This document shows, piece after piece, positions 18,107 through 27,100 of a stretch of DNA of 53,024 bases (its first letter is position 1; each line of letters begins with the position of its first letter). A model generated the notes under the pieces. That model saw only the letters and a program-made list of their open reading frames with translations, made no database searches and had not been told where the DNA came from. The position numbers and the translations under genes are program-made. The stretch lies in the IMG/VR virus record IMGVR_UViG_3300037961_002462, positions 1 through 53,024 of that record. The stretch is one strand, 5' to 3'. Origin of the DNA: a virus. Taxonomy: Duplodnaviria; Caudoviricetes.

Positions 18107-21100
18107 ATGGCAGAAAAAACACCATTGGCACAAGATGAAAATGTATCTGTACCAGGTATAGATATAGTAGAATATGATAATAATTATCAAAATGCATCAC
18201 AACTTGCAGAAGGATTATTAAATCCTGCTCCACAACAAAATAGACAGATGGACGCTTATATGAGGTCACAAGCTGTTACTGATGTGCAACAACAACAGTT
18301 TGAAGGATTGTCTACTAGTCCTATACAACCAGGACAAGAGTCAGGAATGTTTGGTGTAGACCCAGATGCAGTAATAGGAACATTTGCGCAAGATACGACA
18401 AGGTCTATAAAAGCTGGTTGGGGTGATTTAGTTGCTGGTACTGGAGATACAATTGATGTGTTAAACGCATGGTTTAATCCTAATGACCCAGACCCATCAA
18501 CAAGTGTTGGAAATTGGATGAGAGGTGTTGGAGAAAAATATCAAAACGAAAACTTTTTAGTTATATCAGAAGACCTACAAGATTTAACTTGGGACGATAT
18601 GTTTAAAGCAGAATTTTGGTCATCAAAAGTAGCAAGATTAGTTCCATATGCAGCGTCTTTTCTAATACCATATGCTGGAGGAGCTGCATTAGCTACAAGA
18701 TTTACAAGTAAATTATTAATTGGAGCGGCTAAACGAGGTATTATAGGAAACGCTAGTAGAGTAATAGGGACTGCGTCAAAGTCCAAAAAAGCAAAATATC
18801 TATTTGGAAAAAACAGAATAGGTGGTAGTGGTTTAGCTGGGGTATCTTTAGTAGATAAAGGAATAAAAGGTAAACAAGCATTAGAATTAACAAGAGGTGT
18901 AAAAAGTTTATCACAAGCTGTTGGAGGGGGTTTTGCGGCTAACATGATGGAAGGAGTATATTTAGGTGGAGAAGCTTACAATCAGGGAATGAAAGACGGT
19001 TTAACTATGGAACAAGCTTCTGCCGCTGCTAGTGATGTAGTGTATGATAACGCACAATACATGTGGGTAGATATGGCTCAATATGGTTTATTGTTTGGTG
19101 GTTTAGGGAAGACATTTAGATTAAGTAGATTAGCAAATCTTACACCCGACCCAAAAAGGTTTGGTTTTAGTGTTAAAGGTTTAATTAATCCTTTAGTTCA
19201 AAGAGGACTAATAAATTTACCAACGGTAGGAACGTATGCTGGTATCGAAGGTTTTTCAGAGGGTGTACAAGAAACATACCAAGAGTGGATTAAATACAAA
19301 GCTATTCATAAACAACAAGGTAAGGATTATCAATCTTATACTAATTGGTTAAAAACTGCGGATGGTAAATTTACAAAAGAAGCGAGGGATGTATTTTGGA
19401 CTTCTGTTGGTTTAGGTGGAGCTATGGGTAGTGTTAGGGGATATGTCGATGGAGCAGCAGAAAGACAATCAACTATTCAAGAAAGATTAGAAAAAACGGC
19501 ATTAGGGATAAACTTACAAGAAGAGGGTAAGTATAGTGACGAAGCGCAAATGATGTTTCAACAATTTGCAGACGAAGTTATTGCTGAACACATATATAAC
19601 TATAATGGAGATGGTACACCGTTAAAACAAGTAATTAGTAAACAAGTAGAAGAGGGAAAGATTACACCAGAAGCGGGAGAGGCTTTGAACAACACTATAG
19701 ACCAAATGGTTACTACTTATGATAAACATTCATTAAGTACCACACTTACAGAGTCAGGACAAGAACAGGCATTTTATACTGAAGTCAGATTAGAAAGAAA
19801 TAAACAACAAAGACAAGACACAAAAAATATATTCAACGAAGAAAGAAAAAGAGTAAAACAAAATGTAAAAGACCCAGCAAAACAAAAAGAACTTCTTGAC
19901 GAAATAACAATGGAAGAGAATGCTGTAATAAATATATTAGACCAAGAAAAGAAAGAATTAGAAAATAGAATAGAAAGTTTTTATTACCTAAAAGAAGAGG
20001 TAATGACTAAAGATGGTAAGGTAGATAAGAGGTACAAAAAAAGAATGACAGCTGATGAGTTTGAACAGTTTACAACACAGGGTCAAGAAAGATTAACAGC
20101 ATCACAAGCGCAAGAAATGGGCATGTCTGTTGAACAATATAAAGAATATAATAAAAGAAAAAAAGAACAGGGTACTTTTAGAAATGTTGTAGAAAGTATT
20201 AAAGATAGATTTAAAAAAGGTAGAGATATAGTATCTCAAAAAATTAAAGATTTTAGAGAACCAGAAATAAAACCTACAGAATCAAAAACTACAGATACAG
20301 ACATAACACCGCAACAAGAAGCTAAAAAAAAAGCGGTAATTGAACTACCTGAACCACCTAAGTCTGAAAAAGTTAGACGAAAAATACCAATAAAAGATAA
20401 AGTAAAAAAGTTAGCTAAAGCTATAGTTGACAAAGGAGGTGAGTTAATTGTTAAAGCTTCTAGTATAATACCTACACCAGGTGGTACGAGTTACACAATA
20501 ACAGACAGTAAAGGAAAAACTATAAAGTTTTTTAATAGAACTGGTAAGGTTGGTAATCAATCAATAGAAAACTTTTTATCTAAATATATCAAAGATAAAT
20601 CTACAGATGTAAAAATAAAAATCATTTTACCACAAGATGGTGAAGCTAATGTTGTTAAGATTGATGGACAGTTGTTTTTTCAATATAATAATGACTTGTA
20701 TCAATATAAAATGGAAGCTAGTATAGATGGACAGACTATTGGTACAATTGAATATAGAGATTATGATATTAAAGACGAACAAATAACAAGAGCAAAGAAA
20801 ACGAAGTCAGAAAGACAGGTTAAAAAAACTAAAGATGTTATAAAAAAATATTTTGATAAAATAAAATCTAAAGTAACACCATCTAAAGATAAATCAAAAG
20901 ATGATAATTTATTTAAAAAATATGATGGAACTGTACCTAGAAGAAATTTTGAAGTATATACAAATTCAGGATTAGCAGAATATGTTTTACTTAATAAAAT
21001 ATTAGAAAGAAATCAAATACCAGCTGACAGAGCCTATATAGTTAGTTCAGAACTATTAGATAGTTTTGGTAATGAAGCGGTATCTTTAGCTATAGGTAAT

Positions 21101-24100
21101 AGTATTTTCATACAAGAGGGTGGTACCGTAGGGACAGATATAATACACGAAGGCGGACATATATATTACCGTATGTTTGCGGGTACACCACTTATTAAAA
21201 GAATTAACGAACTTTTAATAGGAACAGATATATACGACCTTACTACTATAGAATATCCAGAACTAACACTTATAGATGTCGGAGGGACTGTTATGACTCT
21301 AGGACAGTATGTAGAAATACAAAAAGGTGTGTTAAATCAAAGAAATGATTTAGATGGTGATATAAAAAGTATTATTAAAAGTATAACAGAAGTGGAAGGT
21401 GTAGACGACACCAAAACAAATAACTTTTACATATCTTTATTAACACAATTAACTACAAAACGTAGGGGTGGAGCAATAGCTAAACGATTAACAGACTTAG
21501 AACAAACACATTTATTAGAAGAGTCTTTTGTAAGAACATTAGAAGCTAACTCTTTTGGTAGATTAGACGCTATTATTAAAGATAGTTCTACACAAAAGAA
21601 AATAGAAGAAGAGTTAATTAAGTATTATAAAGAAGCGAAACAACTTACTACAGACGAAGAAGCAAGACAATTTTTAGATTTAGTGGATGATGTGGTACCA
21701 ACACTAAGTTTAGACGCGGCTATGAAACACATATTGTTAAAGTTTGGGAAAAAAGGTGGTATAAGAAATTCTGGATATGCAGGAATAAATAGAGCAAAGA
21801 AAAAAAACATAACTAAAGCAACTGAATTTGGTCTAATACATACTTATATAAACTATGAATTAGGAAAAGATTTAACAGACCAAGAAATTATTGACAATGT
21901 AATAAAACGTATAGAAAAATCTGGTTTAGTAAATTTAAAAAGTTTAGATAAAAAATTAAAAAAAGAAGTAACTAGTTATATTGAATCAGTGTTGTATACA
22001 ACAAAACCTGAATACAAACAATTATTACTTACAAGTAATGATTTATTAATAGACGCTATTATACGAGAAAAAGGTTTTAAAGAAGGTAGTGTACAAGAAC
22101 AACAGGCAAAAGAAAAATATGAAGAAGAGTCGTTAAATGAAGACGACCCAAGTGATGTAGATAAGTATAATGAAGAAAAGAAACAGATAAACATGCCTAA
22201 GACAATGACTAATTTTTTTAAGGGCATTGCAGAAATATATAATGTTAAGTCAGAGTCACCATTCGAAAGAAAAAAATTAATGTATCAATTGCGTACTATT
22301 TCTAGAAATACTAGAAAAAACCCATACGAATTTATTTCTGCGATAAGAAACAGTAAGTTTACGGAAATACAACAGATGTTAGATATATTAGATAACAAAG
22401 TATTTAAAAATCAAAATTTAACAGACGCAAAACTATTACAAATCAATAACATATTTAGAAGTATGGTAATTGAAAGACTAACAGGTAATATGTTGTTAAT
22501 ACAAAACGAAACTGATTACAAATGGATAAACAAACCATTAATGAGTAGAACTACAGAAAAAACTGTAGTAAAGAGAATGTTGGATTCTTGGAAAAATTTA
22601 TCAGAAACTAAAAAAGAACAAAAAAGGATTGCATTAGAAAATGTCTATAATACAGTTAGTCAAAATAATTTTAGTGATAAAGCAAAAGCCGAAGGTACAG
22701 TAGCTATATTAGAAATACTATTTAAAGATACTGATGGTTATGAAAGACTTGATACAGAAGCGATGATGAATGAGTTAATAGTTTATAATAACAAACCTAT
22801 GTATTTGATGGATGTATTTTTTGATACTAAAAGTACACAATATGGTCCTAAGCTTACTAACAAAGAATGGATGTTGTACAATAACAAATCTAAAAGATGG
22901 TCATATAAGGTAGGTGATAGAAAAGCTTTCGAATATTATAACAATAATTTATCATCATATAAAACTGTGTTAGAAGAATTAATGATAGTTTCTAGGCCTT
23001 ATAACTACTTATCAGTGGTAGACAATGTTACAGGTGACGCAATGAGTATATTTAACAATAACAATGCGTTACACAATCAAGCTTACGACAGTGTAGAAAA
23101 AATAATAAATGTAGATAAGAGAAAGAAAAGTATATTTAATCCAAAGAACAATATATTCGCGCAAATAATACAAGATAAATTTGAAATGAATATATTGTTG
23201 AACAAACAAAATGGAGAGATATTAGACAATCCATTTGATATTAGTATACAAACAGGTATGTATAGATACTATCCAGGACAAGAACTAATAGAAAGATGGG
23301 ATGAAGGAGCAAGAAATATGACTAATATTAATCCAGCTGAAATACAATCAATGGATTTCTTTAGTTTTTTAACAGCTATTAAAAATGCAGAAAAAGGTGA
23401 CATAGTATTTTACGACCAAAGTATTGGTACGTTTTCAGACAAAAGTAGAAGGTATTATGTTAAATCTATAGCAGCTATAGATAAAAATACAAGACAAATG
23501 ATTTTGTCTAGATTGTATAATAATCCAGCAAAAAATGATACATATATAAAAGGTGATAGAGTTTTACCTTTTGATATTATACGTAATAAAAATGGTGAAT
23601 ATCAAATAGAAAACTTAACAGAATTAGTTGAAAAATTCAAATCTGATATAAGAAAAAATAGTGAACTATACGAAGGACATGAATTATTCAGGAAAGCTAC
23701 ACAAGAAACGATTGAGAACTACCTAATTAGTTATATAGGTAATAGATTTATGGCTCAACAACTGTTAGCATATGACCATAAACAAGCTAAGAACGAAGTA
23801 GATTACGTAAAAAGATTGGCGGGTACTATTGCGTCACATATGACATATGACCACAATACTTCTTTTGAACCTATAATTGTTAAAGATTATTATGTAGATG
23901 ATAACGGTAATTTATATACAGAAGATGAAATACCAGAAGGTGTAGATGTGTCAATTGAAAATGATGCTGCTGGTTATATATTACCAGAACAAGCTAAAAT
24001 AATTACAGATAAATATGCTGGTGTTAGAGATGTTGGTGGTGTTTATAAGTTTGTTTATAACTATAGACAAGAAGATGGAAGTACAGTGTATTTAAAGTTC

Positions 24101-27100
24101 GCTGTACAGGTATTAACACCAGAGATGGAACAAACAAGTGAAGTGCATAGAAATATAGCAACTCTACTTAGAGAAAGAAACATGAGTATAGCTGATGCAA
24201 CTATACCAAATTTAGAGTTTATAGATATGTTTGCACATGGAAATTTGGTAATAGCTGCTTCAGAATCATCTGCAAAACTTTGGTTTGATGGTGTGAGTGG
24301 TAAAAAGGGTGGGCAGTATGTGTATGATGTACGTAATTTGGATGACACGAATTTACAAAACATATTAAGCAAACAAGATGAAATATTTATGGAGGGAGAT
24401 ATTAACGATGCTAATAGAGTTTTTGTAGGTTTAGATGGTAAGGGATTAGGTATACAGTTAGAATTAGACAAACAAACAGACGAAAGATATTATCCGTCAC
24501 AATTATTTTATCATTTGAATAACAACATGTATAGTCCTGCAAATGTTGAAATACTTAACAGAATGTTACAGTTAAGAAAAAATGTGATGGAAAAAAGTAA
24601 TCAAGAAAGAAACTTTGATGAAGGAATGATAAGTGAGTTAGGAGCTACAACAGAACAAATATTTAAAGAGATGGAAAGTTTTAAAAGTTCTGTAGACCCA
24701 GGTATATATGGTCAGTTGTTATCGTCTTTGTTTGGAGATATAGATGGTAGATACCCAGCTATGAATGACATATATAATGCAATAGCTAGAGGTAGAGTAC
24801 AAAAGAAAGGGACTAAAATGTATACAAAAGGTAGTATAGCTTATCAATCATCTTCTTTAGGTATGGGTCTAGAATCGTTTGTTACACGTAATATAGATGG
24901 TAGAGATGTAGTAGTTTCGGAAGCGTTTGTTCCTGGTTATTTACAACAACAAGGTGTTAAGGTAGGAGATTTGTTTTTAGGTACTAGAATACCATCACAT
25001 GGTAAGGTAAGTACATCTGTATTTGTAGTAAAAGGTTTTCATCAACAACTAGAAGGTACACCTACATCTAAGATAACTATACCAGCTAAAGTGTCTAAAT
25101 ATTGGGGAGCTGACTTAGATGGAGATTCTATACACATGAATTTTAAATACAATGAAAACGAAATAAAAAGTGCAGATGATTGGAGAAATGATAGTAATGA
25201 GTTTTTTGATTTGTATGTTGATTTAGTTAGTAAACAAGATGTAAGAAAAGAAATAACAGCTGATATAGAATTTGAAAACGAAGTTAATAACATACTAGGA
25301 GAAGACAGAAAAAGACCTGAATCACAACTTACACCAACAGGTGATAGTCAAACTTTTAAAGAAAATGTACCAACAAAAAAGTTAGTTGGTATTGTAGCTG
25401 CATTACAAAGAACATTAAATGTATTTTCTAATTCTGGAGTAGAGTTAGGTTTTGAAATAGATATAGAGGGTAGAAAGGTAGATAGGTTTTTTGATGATGT
25501 AGCATTAGAAGATGGTAAGGGTAACTGGTTTGGTCTAGCACAGATTCTTAACATAGTATTAGACAACGCAAAACATCAGTATGCAGAAGGTTTGGGTATT
25601 AATTTTAATTCAGCTGCGGGTTTTGTAATGTTGAGAAGACTGGGATATTCTTTACAACAAGTAAAAGATATATATACATCTGATGTAGCTAAATCATATT
25701 TCGATTGGTTAGACACTACAAATGGTAAAAAGTTTACTTCGTCTAAAAATACGATACAACAGTTAATTGGTAAAACAAAACGACCAGGTAAAAAATCTAG
25801 TGATTTTATAAAGTTTTTAGGTAGAAACCTTACCAAAGAAGAAAATAAAATATTAACTATAATATATAATTTACAAGAGTTTAATAAAACTATAGCACAA
25901 CCTATAGGTCAAATGTTTACTGTACATCAAGGTATAATTAAAAATCCTTTAGAGTTAAGAGCTACTTTAAGAAAAATAGAATTAATAAAAAATAACAGAA
26001 TAAAACCAAGTATTAAAAATTACAAAGAAAATAAACTTGGTAATTTATTTACAAATCCTATATTAACACATGCTCAAGAGTTGATGGAGTTAGTTTTAAC
26101 AAGAGCTAGTTCTACTGATATAAGATACACACCTTATATGCAATCTATTACAGAAGAAGTGTATACAGACGCAAATAGTAAATTTTTCTATTATTCAGAC
26201 CAACAAAAAAACAAAATAATAAATCATATAATAAAAGAAAAACTCGCAGAGTATATTGATGTTATAAACTCTAGTAGAAGATTGTCTAGTTTAGTTGAAG
26301 ACTTTAAGACAATGAAAGAAGAGAATCCTAATAATAAATTTTTACAGTCTTTAAAAGTTGTAACTAATAGTAAGGGTAGGGAAATTATAGTTACAAACAA
26401 ACAAATACTTAATGAATTTCTTACAGAATCAGAAATACAAGAAATCAAAAAAGATTTCAGTCAGTTGACTGCAGAACAAAAAGACACAATGATAAATATT
26501 GAATATAGATTTTTTGATTTTGGTTTTAAAGAAGAATCTATAATACCTTTGTTTGATAATGTAGAAATACAACTTTTAAATAAAGATATACAAAAGGCTA
26601 TAAATTATATGCAAGAAGCAATACCAACGGGTGTTAAGGGTATTGATATTATTGAACAAGCAGAATCTGAAATTCAACAAGAGTTAAAAGAAATAAAAAA
26701 TATAGAAGATAGACTTATAGAAGAATCAACAAAAGAAAGAGAATCAGGAGATACTTTTGATGGTAAAATGAAATTAACAACTTCAGAAGAACAGTCTATT
26801 ATATCTGGCAACAAAAAAACAATAGCGCATGGTTTCAGTTATAATGACACTGGTGGTAATATAGTTAAGTTAATTACACCTGGTAGTACTTTGGTTGAAA
26901 TATCACCTGCTATTAAAAGAAATAGTTTGGATGAGATTACAGATAAAGATGCATTTGCTAGGTCTGAAGGATATGACAACTTTCAAGATATGAAAGAAAA
27001 TGGTACGAAGTATCATAAAGATTTTATAGAAGGTAAAAAACCAATATACATACACAAGATTGTTGGTAAACCCTCTACAGCTACAGAAAACAGAAGAGCT

